From an archaeon (lineage in GTDB: Archaea; Nanobdellota; Nanobdellia; Pacearchaeales; DTIR01), in the NCBI GenBank assembly GCA_043808285.1, contig JAZDFA010000007.1:129187-193186 (forward strand): a stretch of DNA of 64,000 bases. The letters are read 5' to 3'. Both the position numbers and the translations under genes were made by a program. The notes beneath the pieces were generated by a model. It was not told the DNA's origin. It was given only the letters and a program-made list of their open reading frames with translations, and made no database searches. Positions 33,677-42,736 of this stretch are shown here, piece by piece (position 1 is the first letter of the stretch; each line of letters starts with the position of its first letter).

Positions 33677-34300
33677 ATGCCTCATAAAATCTACAACAGG
33701 CTAAAAGAGGGACTAAAAAAAGTAAGCATAGGAATAGGCCCTGATTGCCATAAAAAAGTTAAGCATATACTTGATGACATCGAGTCACACTTAGGTTTTC
33801 TTTATGAGATGGTTATAAACGACCCAAAAACCGGGGTTTACAACAATAAGTTCTTCGAGGAGATTACAAGCATAGAAATAGAAAAGGCAAAAAGAGGCCA
33901 TGCATTAGCATTGATTATTTCTGATATAGACAATTTCAAAAGAGTTAACGATATATTTGGCCACAAGAAAGGAGATGCAATACTCAAGTATGTTGTAAAG
34001 ATGATAAGAGAAAACACAAGAAAAATAGATGTCATAGGAAGATTTGGCGGGGAGGAGTTTACAGTGCTTCTTCCTTTTACAGATTACCCCAAGGCAAACA
34101 TGGTTGCAGAGAGAATAAGGAAGAAAATAGAAAGCAGCAAGTACCTTCAAAGGCATAAAGTTACAGTCAGCATAGGTCTCTCAACATATGAGGAAAAAGA
34201 TACAATTCAGAAATTATTCAACAAGGCAGATTCTGCATTGTATTATGCAAAGAATCATGGCAAGAACATGACAGTCATGCATAAGGATTTAAAAGAGTAG
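33677..34300 (+). CDS. Stand-alone GGDEF-domain diguanylate cyclase
   Basis: 207 aa. It has DPKTGVYNNKFF, ISDIDNFKRVNDIFGHKKGD, an intact GGEEF active site preceded by RKID five residues upstream (RxxD I-site), VSIGLS, and ADSALYYAKNHGKN. Confidence 0.85.
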   Translation: MPHKIYNRLKEGLKKVSIGIGPDCHKKVKHILDDIESHLGFLYEMVINDPKTGVYNNKFFEEITSIEIEKAKRGHALALIISDIDNFKRVNDIFGHKKGDAILKYVVKMIRENTRKIDVIGRFGGEEFTVLLPFTDYPKANMVAERIRKKIESSKYLQRHKVTVSIGLSTYEEKDTIQKLFNKADSALYYAKNHGKNMTVMHKDLKE

Positions 34301-34319
34301 TATTATTTTCTTTTCCTGC

Positions 34320-35363
34320 ATGAAAACAGGCACAGCAGACTTGCCTCTGCATTATGGAGACTGCCCAAAATGGCTTTTTCCAAGAATGGTAAAATTGTCA
34401 AGGGCAATTTCAGATGTAATAGTGCAAGAGTATGGCACTTCTCAACTTCTAAAACGGCTTTCAAATCCCTATTGGTTTCAGGCATTCGGCTGCGTTCTTG
34501 GATTTGATTGGCATTCTTCCGAGCTTACAACAACTGTATGCAGTGCATTAAAAGAGGGGCTAAAAGACAGCAAAGAGATATTTGTTGCTGGCGGAAAAGG
34601 AAGGGTAAGCCGCAAGGCAATAGAAGAGATAAGCAGAATGGGCTATGAATTGAATCTGGGCGGAGAGAAAATTGCGCAGCTTTCAAAAGCAAGCAGGTTG
34701 GCAGCAAAAATAGACAATAATGCAATACGGGATGGTTTTGCTATCTATTACCATTCTTTTATTTTTGACAATAATGGCAATTGGGTCGTGATACAGCAGG
34801 GAATGAATGACATTACAAGCTATGCAAGAAGATATCATTGGCTAAGCGATATAGTTGATGAAAATATGACCTCTCCCCAGTCAGAAGAATCAAGAAATGC
34901 AAGTGTTGACCTTGTGAATGATAATCCAAAACATCTGGAGCGCTTCATCTCAAAAGGAAGCGGCGGCGGACAGCTTTCAATAAATGATTTCTCAAATAGC
35001 AATAGTTTCACTATGCCTAAAGAGCATTTTCCAAAGATTGATTTTGATATGAATGCAATGCTAAAAGCTTACGAGATACAGCCGCAGGATTACGAGGCGC
35101 TTTTGCTTATCAAAGGGCTTGGAGCAAAGACAGTAAGGGCTCTTGCATTGATATCTGACTTAGTGCACGGATGCAAGGCTTCCGGGCAAGACCCCTGCAA
35201 ATATAGTTTTGCCCACGGAGGCAAAGATGGATGGCCTGAAAAAGTGAATAAAGAAAGATATGATGAGTCTATTAACATATTAAAAGATGCCATAGATAAC
35301 GCAAAAATAGGCAGCAAGCTTAAAGTTGATGCATTAAGAAGGCTTGGTAGATATGCAAATTAA
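34320..35363 (+). CDS. DUF763-family protein
   Basis: 347 aa. The N-terminal ADLPLHYGDCPKWLFPRMVKLSRAI..IVQEYG....LLKRLSNPYWFQAF is the pattern I associate with DUF763. It has an HhH-like LIKGLGAKTVRALALIS near the C-terminus. Confidence 0.65.
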   Translation: MKTGTADLPLHYGDCPKWLFPRMVKLSRAISDVIVQEYGTSQLLKRLSNPYWFQAFGCVLGFDWHSSELTTTVCSALKEGLKDSKEIFVAGGKGRVSRKAIEEISRMGYELNLGGEKIAQLSKASRLAAKIDNNAIRDGFAIYYHSFIFDNNGNWVVIQQGMNDITSYARRYHWLSDIVDENMTSPQSEESRNASVDLVNDNPKHLERFISKGSGGGQLSINDFSNSNSFTMPKEHFPKIDFDMNAMLKAYEIQPQDYEALLLIKGLGAKTVRALALISDLVHGCKASGQDPCKYSFAHGGKDGWPEKVNKERYDESINILKDAIDNAKIGSKLKVDALRRLGRYAN

Positions 35364-35381
35364 AAGATTAGGTTATTCTTA

Positions 35382-35452
35382 TCTGCAAAAAAAGAAAAAA
35401 TAATTTCGTTGCCCTACTCCTAACTACTAAAGCGGGAATACCTTTGATTAAA
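35382..35452 (+). repeat. Dispersed intergenic repeat (IGR family), forward copy (GCGGGAATAC variant)
   Basis: TCTGCAAAAAAAGAAAAAATAATTTCGTTGCCCTACTCCTAACTACTAAAGCGGGAATACCTTTGATTAAA. Confidence 0.7.
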
Positions 35453-35534
35453 AATTATTAATAGCTTTTTTTTAGAATTTATTCAAATCTCAAATTTCCA
35501 TAAATTTATAAATAATTTTGCATTCAAATAGAAA

Positions 35535-36122
35535 ATGATGTTAGGCAAGATATTATCTGAATGGAAGGAATTCTGGGAGATTGCAGAGATTGGAGGCATA
35601 GCAAGGAGATACTTTGCAATAAATCTTTTTGATGAAATACTCACAATAATAGGCATACTAATAGCTAGCTTTTTTTCAAATGTTACTGATTTAAAAGTTG
35701 TTGCCTTGGCAGTAATTGGCGCATCAATAGCAATGACTGTATCAGGAGTATGGGGTGCTTATCTCACAGAGATGGCTGAAAGGAAGGGCAAGATAAGAAG
35801 ATTGGAAAAAAGGATGTCAATAAGCTTGGACAGGTCTCCAATAGCAAGAGCCCATAAATTTGCATCTGTTTTTCTTGGATTAGTTGATGGAGTGCTGCCA
35901 ATGATTGCAGCGCCATTGATGATTTTCCCGCTATTCCTGGCAATACCAGTTAATACTGCTTATTACATTTCATTTGCAACTTCATTCTTCCTGCTGTTCG
36001 TTACGGGGGCTTATCTTGGAAAGATAAGCAAAGAGAATCTTTTTGTTTCAGGAATAAGAATGCTTTTTGTAGGGCTCTTGTGCGCAGTATTAATCTATAT
36101 TGTTGAGCTTATTATAAAATAA
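35535..36122 (+). CDS. VIT1/CCC1-related integral membrane protein (short archaeal type)
   Basis: 195 aa with four or five helices. RRYFAINLFDEILTIIG...SGVWGAYLTEMAERK resembles the short VIT-like family. Confidence 0.45.
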   Translation: MMLGKILSEWKEFWEIAEIGGIARRYFAINLFDEILTIIGILIASFFSNVTDLKVVALAVIGASIAMTVSGVWGAYLTEMAERKGKIRRLEKRMSISLDRSPIARAHKFASVFLGLVDGVLPMIAAPLMIFPLFLAIPVNTAYYISFATSFFLLFVTGAYLGKISKENLFVSGIRMLFVGLLCAVLIYIVELIIK

Positions 36123-36157
36123 GAATGGATATTTCTTCTAGAATATAATCTCTATAA

Positions 36158-36532
36158 TCATTTAGCTTTTTTAGCTTTGTACTTCTCAAATATTCTTGAC
36201 TTTGAAACAAATCTTTTTTGTTCACTTGTGTATAAATGGCCATGGCCGATAATCTCTTCAAGAATACTTTCTTCCTTATTGTCTATTTCTATCTCTCCTA
36301 TAAGTTTTAAATTTGTTCTATGATCTAGGCCACTGATAACATCCTGGGCTGCTTTCATCTTCTCTGGGTCTTTGCAAAACCAGTAATTTGGGTCTTTTCC
36401 CCCCAGTTTATCCACATATCTTCTTACTACAATCCCTTGTCCAGGAATATAGAACCAGTCTCTTCTGTCTCCTACTGTAGGATGAACAGATTTTCCATAA
36501 AGGCTTCCAGTCTCTAATTGATAAATTTTCAT
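36158..36532 (-). CDS. Hypothetical protein
   Basis: 124-aa ORF with no recognisable domain. Confidence 0.35.
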   Translation of the reverse strand: MKIYQLETGSLYGKSVHPTVGDRRDWFYIPGQGIVVRRYVDKLGGKDPNYWFCKDPEKMKAAQDVISGLDHRTNLKLIGEIEIDNKEESILEEIIGHGHLYTSEQKRFVSKSRIFEKYKAKKAK

Positions 36533-36606
36533 TTTAGTATTAGATTTAGTTAAAATTACTGATTTAAAAATCTTTTTCTAAAAGTCTGATTCCTAAAAAT
36601 TATAAC

Positions 36607-36690
36607 CGCCACGACCAGGAATCGGACCTGGATATCTCTCACGAGAAACAAGGTTAGCAACCTTGCGCCGTACCATTGGGCCATCGTGGC
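36607..36690 (-). tRNA. tRNA-Ser (anticodon GCU)
   Basis: The minus strand reads GCCACGA-TG-GCC..GGC-G-CAAGG-TTGCTAA-CCTTG, then the long variable arm TTTCTCGTGAGAGATAT, then CCAGG-TCCGATT-CCTGG-TCGTGGC-G. The 3-bp D stem and long variable arm fit a class II tRNA. CCA is not encoded. Confidence 0.8.
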
Positions 36691-36720
36691 ATAAGGTTAT
36701 CAATTATACTCCATTTTTAA

Positions 36721-37191
36721 ATGTTTTTCAGTAATATATTTATACAAGTGAATAATAAACATTCAATGGTGGTTAGAGGTGTAGAGAGGAAGGTTCTTGA
36801 TTTCAAAAAAAGCATAGAGCCTGTATTGGATGTTCTTGCTTGCAAGTATGAGATAGACTGCCTTTATCTAAACGACTGTCTTCTTCCTTCTATAGGTGCA
36901 TGCAGTGTTTACATGGCTCTTGATGCAAGAGACCCTAAAAAGAAAGAATGCATAAACAAATTCTACAAGGACAAGGATATTCTCGGCTACAATCCCAATT
37001 TTGCAAGGGCAATATTTGAGGTTGATGGAAAGAGGATAGGCAATGTAAGGGTTAATTCAATTCTTCTTACCCCTAGGAAAATTAATGACATCTCAAGGAG
37101 AAAGAATCTTGGCATAAAGGTGGACGAGAGCAAACTTGTGTATGAGGCAATTGCAATAAACGATGCAACAGACGAATCTGCTTTGGGCTAG
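36721..37191 (+). CDS. Hypothetical protein
   Basis: 156-aa ORF. The start may be the internal MVVRG. It has no recognisable domain. Confidence 0.35.
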   Translation: MFFSNIFIQVNNKHSMVVRGVERKVLDFKKSIEPVLDVLACKYEIDCLYLNDCLLPSIGACSVYMALDARDPKKKECINKFYKDKDILGYNPNFARAIFEVDGKRIGNVRVNSILLTPRKINDISRRKNLGIKVDESKLVYEAIAINDATDESALG

Positions 37192-37222
37192 CAAGATCAA
37201 AGCCATACGGGGAAAAGATCTT

Positions 37223-37293
37223 GATGCAAAACCCTAAAAATATTCTTCGTAACCCTACACCTATACTGCTAAATGTCACGTGAATTAACAACC
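37223..37293 (+). repeat. Dispersed intergenic repeat (IGR family), forward copy
   Basis: GATGCAAAACCCTAAAAATATTCTTCGTAACCCTACACCTATACTGCTAAATGTCACGTGAATTAACAACC. Confidence 0.8.
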
Positions 37294-37312
37294 ATTCGTA
37301 AAAAGATAAATT

Positions 37313-37387
37313 ATTTCTGTAAAAACAAGAAAATCCACTAGTGAGCCTTACTCCTACACTGCTAAAATGTCACGTCAATTAACAACC
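37313..37387 (+). repeat. Dispersed intergenic repeat (IGR family), forward copy
   Basis: ATTTCTGTAAAAACAAGAAAATCCACTAGTGAGCCTTACTCCTACACTGCTAAAATGTCACGTCAATTAACAACC. Confidence 0.8.
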
Positions 37388-37409
37388 CCCCAAAAAACAT
37401 TTTTCTTAT

Positions 37410-37493
37410 GTCAAGAACACTTGAAAAAACTCGCGTGTTCTTGATCATTCTAAAGTTGTTGTGTGCAGACAATAACACTTAACAACTTTATAA
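37410..37493 (+). mobile_element. Hairpin MITE-like element, copy B
   Basis: It starts after TTAT (37406-37409). The stems are TCAAGAACAC..GTGTTCTTGA and TAAAGTTGTT..AACAACTTTA. It is collinear with copy A at 7859-7939. Confidence 0.65.
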
Positions 37494-37592
37494 TTAGACT
37501 AAACTATATATTCAATAAGAAAAATGTTTTTAAATACATAGAGTAATGATTTCTTATTCACAAAAAGGTGTTTATAATACGAGGTTAAAAAA

Positions 37593-37871
37593 ATGGCTTA
37601 TAGCAGATCATTAAGAAACGAAGATTACATACAGAAACTTGCAGATTACATCAATAAAAGAAAGGATAAATATCCAATGGACACTTTGAGATGGGCTTTA
37701 ATCAAGCAGGAGCATACAAGGACTTGCGTCGAGAAGGCTATAGAAGTTGCTGCCCAACAAGCAGCCGCTAGAGTCTCAAAACCTGTAGCACCAGTAGAGC
37801 CAAAAGTAGAATTTTGCGAAGAGCCCCAGGAAGAAAGAAAGGGATTTTTTGCAAGACTCTTTGGAATGTAG
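37593..37871 (+). CDS. Hypothetical small protein
   Basis: 92-aa ORF with no recognisable domain. Confidence 0.35.
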   Translation: MAYSRSLRNEDYIQKLADYINKRKDKYPMDTLRWALIKQEHTRTCVEKAIEVAAQQAAARVSKPVAPVEPKVEFCEEPQEERKGFFARLFGM

Positions 37872-37905
37872 TTTTTGTTTTTTGATTTAACAATTTGAAT
37901 TTGTC

Positions 37906-38148
37906 TTAATCGGAAGATTGGCTTTTTGCTAATTTCTTTTCTGCCCTAATGATCATTTCTTTTTTTAATCCTATGAACACGCCACCTTCCTTACCCTGCA
38001 CATAAGTCGCTTCACCGGGTTTTACTATCTCCTTAAGCTCATCCAATTCTATATCTACATGAGTAATCCTTGCATTGCTCTTCCCCTTCTCATGAATGTA
38101 AACATCTGCCTTGCCTAGGAATTTTTTCCCTTCTCCTGCGCCAGACAT
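37906..38148 (-). CDS. Hypothetical small protein, co-transcribed with the hemerythrin-like gene
   Basis: 80-aa ORF that starts 1 nt after the upstream stop. Confidence 0.35.
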   Translation of the reverse strand: MSGAGEGKKFLGKADVYIHEKGKSNARITHVDIELDELKEIVKPGEATYVQGKEGGVFIGLKKEMIIRAEKKLAKSQSSD

Positions 38149-38149
38149 C

Positions 38150-38692
38150 TTAATTACCTCCCTTCTCTATTTCATTTACAATTTCTTTGTATTTTTTATG
38201 TATGAACTTTTTGTCAAATTCATAGAATTCTATTATCATTGCCTGCTTTTCCTGATTATTGAAGTATTGCATTACAGGAATGAAGAATTGCTTGTCTTCT
38301 TTGGCTATATGCTCCGGGTAAAACTTTGCAAGTGTTTCCATACTGTATACTGCCTGCGCTATTGCAGATTTATCTCCTTTCTTATATTTTTCTTTTGCAT
38401 CAACAAGTCTCTTTACATATTCCCTACCTACAACATGCTCATGTATCAGCTCATCCATCATTTTTCTATGCTCTTCTGTCATCTCTTTTTTTGATAAGTC
38501 CCTAAAAAGTATGTACTCCTCCTTTCCATGATGCAGTTTGTCAGCATATGTTTTTATGAAATCAATAATAGAATCAATCAACTCTATATTAAGAGAATTC
38601 TCTTTTTTTATCCTTGTTGTCTCACAGTTCATGATGCATATCATCCGCTCAATCAATCTATGTTCAATCATCAACGGAGCTACAGGCATCAT
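38150..38692 (-). CDS. Hemerythrin-like (HHE cation-binding) domain protein
   Basis: 180 aa. It has PLMIEHRLIE, KLHHGKEEYILF and PEHIAKEDKQFF, which are repeated H...E/H..KE(D/E)..(L/F)F motifs. Confidence 0.65.
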   Translation of the reverse strand: MMPVAPLMIEHRLIERMICIMNCETTRIKKENSLNIELIDSIIDFIKTYADKLHHGKEEYILFRDLSKKEMTEEHRKMMDELIHEHVVGREYVKRLVDAKEKYKKGDKSAIAQAVYSMETLAKFYPEHIAKEDKQFFIPVMQYFNNQEKQAMIIEFYEFDKKFIHKKYKEIVNEIEKGGN

Positions 38693-38768
38693 TTTCTCTT
38701 TTGTCTGTATATAATGCAGCAGTGATTTAAATAAATTTATATCCCTATTAATAATCTAATAAAGTGTT

Positions 38769-38841
38769 GGGGCCGTAGTATAGCCTGGTAGTATCCAAGG
38801 TTCGGGGCCTTGTGACCTGCGTTCGAATCGCAGCGGTCCCA
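38769..38841 (+). tRNA. tRNA-Pro (anticodon CGG)
   Basis: GGGGCCG-TA-GTAT..GTAT-C-CAAGG-TTCGGGG-CCTTG-TGAC-CTGCG-TTCGAAT-CGCAG-CGGTCCC-A. The T loop is canonical and G37 is present. CCA is not encoded. Confidence 0.85.
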
Positions 38842-38855
38842 TATTTCAGTTTTTA

Positions 38856-38931
38856 TCTGCAAAAAAAGAAACTACAATTAGTAAGCCTTATTCTATTAAC
38901 ACCTAAAGCGGGAATACAGTAATTAACAATC
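38856..38931 (+). repeat. Dispersed intergenic repeat (IGR family), forward copy (GCGGGAATAC variant)
   Basis: TCTGCAAAAAAAGAAACTACAATTAGTAAGCCTTATTCTATTAACACCTAAAGCGGGAATACAGTAATTAACAATC. Confidence 0.7.
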
Positions 38932-39024
38932 AATTACACTAAATTTATAGTCATTAATAAGTAGCTACAATAAGAAAGATTTAAATATACAAATTCTCTA
39001 TATTTTTTAAGGAGCTAAAATAAA

Positions 39025-39441
39025 ATGATAAAACAAATAAAAAGTATTGGTGGTGTAGTAAGTGAAATCATTACTGCAACTAAGTATATATCTACTGGGG
39101 CAATAGCTGGCAATTTACCCCATAATATTAGGGAAAAATTAGAGAGAAGGCTAAATTCTGATTCAGATACTATAGGAAAAGTAAGCTTAATTACTAACAC
39201 TATCCTCTACCCAACTATATCTTATTTCGGAGCTATGGCTATAATCGGAAAAAAGGAAGAAGCATTTCTTGCATTGGGCTTAGGCGGGATTTATTCTCTT
39301 TTAGAAGCATGTGTAAGATTAGCTTATGTTGGTGACGGAAATGTCTGCCCAGCTTCTTTACCGGGAAAAATAATTGCCTTGCCATTAGAAGTTAAAGATT
39401 ATTTCTCAAATTTACATCAAAAAGCTAAAAATAATGTTTAG
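39025..39441 (+). CDS. Hypothetical membrane protein
   Basis: 138-aa ORF with hydrophobic segments. A TATA-like TTTAAATA box lies about 45 nt upstream. Confidence 0.35.
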   Translation: MIKQIKSIGGVVSEIITATKYISTGAIAGNLPHNIREKLERRLNSDSDTIGKVSLITNTILYPTISYFGAMAIIGKKEEAFLALGLGGIYSLLEACVRLAYVGDGNVCPASLPGKIIALPLEVKDYFSNLHQKAKNNV

Positions 39442-39468
39442 GAAAATTTTTATTATATTGCACAAAAA

Positions 39469-40092
39469 ATGGTCAACAAGCACGATTTTATGGTGTCTCT
39501 TGAATGGGCAGTGTCATTCATGAAATCAAAAGAGAGGCATGGGGTGGATAATCTGGAGATGTATCTTGGAAGAAAAGAACAGCTTTGTTTATGGCCTATT
39601 GTAAATGTGCTTAATCTTGTAGAGATAGAGCACAGAACTGGAAAGAGCAACAAGCTAAAGATGCTGCAATCAATGATTAGTGACGCAAGAGAAGGTTATG
39701 CGACTGGAATCAGAAGGCTAAAGGCAAAAAGAGATGAAATCAGCAAGGTAATGAATTATTATGAGTATGCTTTTGTGAGTTTTGAGAAAGAATCAGGACC
39801 AATTCCCTTAAGAATTTTAGTAGGAGGTTTAGGCAATATTATTAATTATCCTTCAGATATCCCAAATCTATACAGGTTTATCGAGCCACCCTCTTCAGGA
39901 GGAAAAATAGAGCAACTGGTTACATTGGAGTCTATTAAGGCAAGACACTCCTTGATATCTGAAACTAAAACAAAAAAAGAAAAAATCCCACAGCTTTGCG
40001 TTTTAAAAAATGAATGCGCTTTCAAATATTCCCAGCTTATCAGCGAGGTAATGGGGATAATTGAGAATTACAATTGGCATCAGAAGGGTTGA
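39469..40092 (+). CDS. Hypothetical protein
   Basis: 207-aa ORF with no recognisable domain. Confidence 0.35.
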   Translation: MVNKHDFMVSLEWAVSFMKSKERHGVDNLEMYLGRKEQLCLWPIVNVLNLVEIEHRTGKSNKLKMLQSMISDAREGYATGIRRLKAKRDEISKVMNYYEYAFVSFEKESGPIPLRILVGGLGNIINYPSDIPNLYRFIEPPSSGGKIEQLVTLESIKARHSLISETKTKKEKIPQLCVLKNECAFKYSQLISEVMGIIENYNWHQKG

Positions 40093-40148
40093 AATTTGTC
40101 AGAAAAAACAATTAGGTAACCTTAATTTAGATATTAATTATTCATTTC

Positions 40149-40361
40149 TTCGTGGTCAAGGGTTAATGGGGTAAAGGCAGCAAAGATGAGTGAGGACAAG
40201 ACACTGGGAAAAAATTCTTTTCTGGATTATTTTTAGTAAGATGAATTATAGAGTCATTCGTATTAAAACAATTCAAGTGTGAAAAAACATAATCTGCAAA
40301 TCCAAAAAATACTCTGCGTAACCTTGCTCCTAACTGCTTGATTTCACGTTGATTAACAATC
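40149..40361 (+). repeat. Dispersed intergenic repeat (IGR family), long forward copy
   Basis: ..GTGGTCAAGGGTTAATGGGGTAAAGGCAGCAAAGATGAG...AATTCAAGTGTGAAAAAACATAATCTGCAAATCC...GCGTAACCTTGCTCCTAACTGCTTGATTTCACGTTGATTAACAATC. Confidence 0.75.
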
Positions 40362-40397
40362 TTCCTTAAAGAAAAATTAATGATTATCAATCTCTAT

Positions 40398-41546
40398 TCA
40401 AGACAGCCTTTCCATGTAATCTTTATATCCAAACTCTTTAATGACCTTTAACTTCTTCTTTTTCGTGAATATTGCAATTGATGGAAGATTTATACCATTA
40501 AATGTTGTGTTCTTTACCATTGAATATATGGCCATGTCTAGGAAAATTAGTTTGTCTCCAACTTTGAGAGGTTTTGAAAAAGAATAATCTCCTATGACGT
40601 CTCCTGCCAGACAGGTGTTTCCTGCTAGTCTGTATGTGTACTTCTTTTTGTTTGGAATATTTGCGCCAACAACATTTGGTCTGTATGGCATTGCAATCAC
40701 ATCAGGCATGTGAGCCTCTGCAGATGTATCAAGTATCGCAATATCCATGCCGTTATTTACTATATCCAGCACAGATGCAACAAGTATGCCGCTGTTGAGG
40801 GCAACTGCCTCTCCAGGCTCAAGATAGACATTGATATTATTGTATTTTTTTCTGAAGCTATTGATTATCTTTACAAGCCGGTTTACATCATAATCCTTTC
40901 TTGTTATATGGTGGCCTCCACCAAAATTAACCCACTGCATCTTTTTGATGTATTTGCCAAATTTTTTCTCGTAAACCCTGATTACTCGTTCAAGTGTATC
41001 TGAATTCTGTTCGCACATTGCATGAAAATGCAAGCCAGTTATGCCTGTTAAATCTTTTCCTTTAAATTCCTTGAGCATTATGCCCAATCTTGAGTTTTTT
41101 GCGCAAGGATTATACAATTTCACTTTTATTTCAGAATACTCCGGGTTTACTCTAAGTCCGCATTTTATTTTTTTTGGGATTATTTTTTTGAATTTTTCCC
41201 ATTGAGAAAATGAATTGAAGATAATGTAATCTGCATACCTGATAATCTCTTTGAATTCCTCTTCCTTGTATGCCGGAGAGAAAACATGGACTTCTTTACC
41301 AAACTTTTCATATCCGAGTCTTGCTTCGTTTAATCCTGAAGCGCAAATTCCCTTTAGGTATTTTTTTACTTGTGGGAACGTGCTCCACATTGCATACCCC
41401 TTTAATGCAAGAAGTATGCTGCATCCTGTCCTTTTTTGTACAGAATCAAGAATATGCAGATTGTTCTCCAGAAGCCTCTCATCCAAGATGTAGGATGGAG
41501 TTTTTACTTTTCTGGTATGAAACCCGAGAAATCCGTAACTTTCCAT
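40398..41546 (-). CDS. nspC: Carboxynorspermidine/carboxyspermidine decarboxylase
   Basis: 382 aa. It has the N-terminal TPSYILDERLLENN, an alanine-racemase-fold PLP enzyme pattern (NFGGGH, EPGEAV), and the C-terminal CLAGDVIG. Confidence 0.85.
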   Translation of the reverse strand: MESYGFLGFHTRKVKTPSYILDERLLENNLHILDSVQKRTGCSILLALKGYAMWSTFPQVKKYLKGICASGLNEARLGYEKFGKEVHVFSPAYKEEEFKEIIRYADYIIFNSFSQWEKFKKIIPKKIKCGLRVNPEYSEIKVKLYNPCAKNSRLGIMLKEFKGKDLTGITGLHFHAMCEQNSDTLERVIRVYEKKFGKYIKKMQWVNFGGGHHITRKDYDVNRLVKIINSFRKKYNNINVYLEPGEAVALNSGILVASVLDIVNNGMDIAILDTSAEAHMPDVIAMPYRPNVVGANIPNKKKYTYRLAGNTCLAGDVIGDYSFSKPLKVGDKLIFLDMAIYSMVKNTTFNGINLPSIAIFTKKKKLKVIKEFGYKDYMERLS

Positions 41547-42736
41547 GGCAAACCTTGCTCGTTGAGCTCCTCCATAAATTGGTCTGGGTCAAGTTCTTCA
41601 ATATTGAAAACTCCTTTGCCCTTCCATTTTCCTTCAAGAATAAGTTTTGCCGCTATCATTGTAGGAACCCCAGTAGTATAAGAGATTGCCTGCGCCTTTA
41701 CTTCCTTGTAGCATTCAGCGTGGTCGCATACATTGTATATGTACACTGTTTTTTCTTTGCCATCTTTCTTACCATTTATAACACAGCCTATTACTGTCTT
41801 TCCAGTATATTTTTCTGCCAAAGAGGATGGATCTGGAAGAACTGCCTTTAAGAATCTTAGGGGGATAACTTCTTTCCCTTCATAATTGACTGGGTCTATT
41901 CTAGTCATGCCCACATTTTGAAGGACCTTCAAGTGATTTATATAATTGTCAGAGAATGTCATCCAGAATCTTATTCTTTCTAAGCCCTTAATGTTCTTTA
42001 CTAAAGACTCTTCTTCTTCATGATAAAGCAAATAGCTTTCTTTTTTTCCTACAATTGGATAATCAAATCCAAAATGTATTGAGCTTGTGTCAAGTATTGC
42101 AGGTGTTTCTATCCATTTTCCTTTTGCCCAGTGCCTTACAACCTGAGTTACTTCTCTTATGTTTATTTCAGGATTAAAATTTGTTGCAAATGCTTTTCCA
42201 TGATTTCCTGCATTGCAGTCAAGTATCTCTATTGTTTTTATTGTATCAAAAAGATGCTTTTGAGCGTATGCGCAAAAAACATTTGTTACGCCAGGGTCAA
42301 AACCTGCTCCCAAAAGCGCCATTATCCCTTTTTTCTTGTATTTATCCTGATATGCCCATTGCCATTTGTATTCGAATTTAGCAACATCCAGTGGTTCATA
42401 ATTAGCAGTATCAAGATAATTAATGCCTGTTTCCAAGCATGCATCCATAATTGTAAGATCTTGGTAAGGCAATGCAACATTTATTACCAATTCTGGCTTG
42501 AATTCTTTTAAGAGTTTAACAAGCTCTGGGACATTGTCAGCATCAACTTGGGCAGTTTTTATTTCAACACCAATATCCTTTTTTACTTCTTCCTTTATCT
42601 TGTCGCATTTTTCTTTTGTTCTGCTTGCAAGCATTATTTCCTTGAACACCTGCTTGTTCATTGCACATTTCTTTACAACAACGGTACCCACACCGCCTGC
42701 ACCTATTATCAGTACCCTTCCGGTTTTATTTTTCAT
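41504..42736 (-). CDS. Saccharopine-dehydrogenase-family carboxynorspermidine/carboxyspermidine synthase
   Basis: 410 aa. It has VLIIGAGGVGTVV (Rossmann fold), GAGFDPGVTNVF, and gene-order linkage with nspC (43-nt overlap). Confidence 0.8.
   Translation of the reverse strand: MKNKTGRVLIIGAGGVGTVVVKKCAMNKQVFKEIMLASRTKEKCDKIKEEVKKDIGVEIKTAQVDADNVPELVKLLKEFKPELVINVALPYQDLTIMDACLETGINYLDTANYEPLDVAKFEYKWQWAYQDKYKKKGIMALLGAGFDPGVTNVFCAYAQKHLFDTIKTIEILDCNAGNHGKAFATNFNPEINIREVTQVVRHWAKGKWIETPAILDTSSIHFGFDYPIVGKKESYLLYHEEEESLVKNIKGLERIRFWMTFSDNYINHLKVLQNVGMTRIDPVNYEGKEVIPLRFLKAVLPDPSSLAEKYTGKTVIGCVINGKKDGKEKTVYIYNVCDHAECYKEVKAQAISYTTGVPTMIAAKLILEGKWKGKGVFNIEELDPDQFMEELNEQGLPWKVTDFSGFIPEK

Noticed and set aside
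38111-38725. Plus-strand ORFs 38111..38494 and 38528..38725
   Set aside because: They are antisense to the hemerythrin-like gene, whose repeated H..KE(D/E)..F motifs support the minus-strand reading. The plus-strand translations are low-complexity Phe/Leu/Tyr strings.
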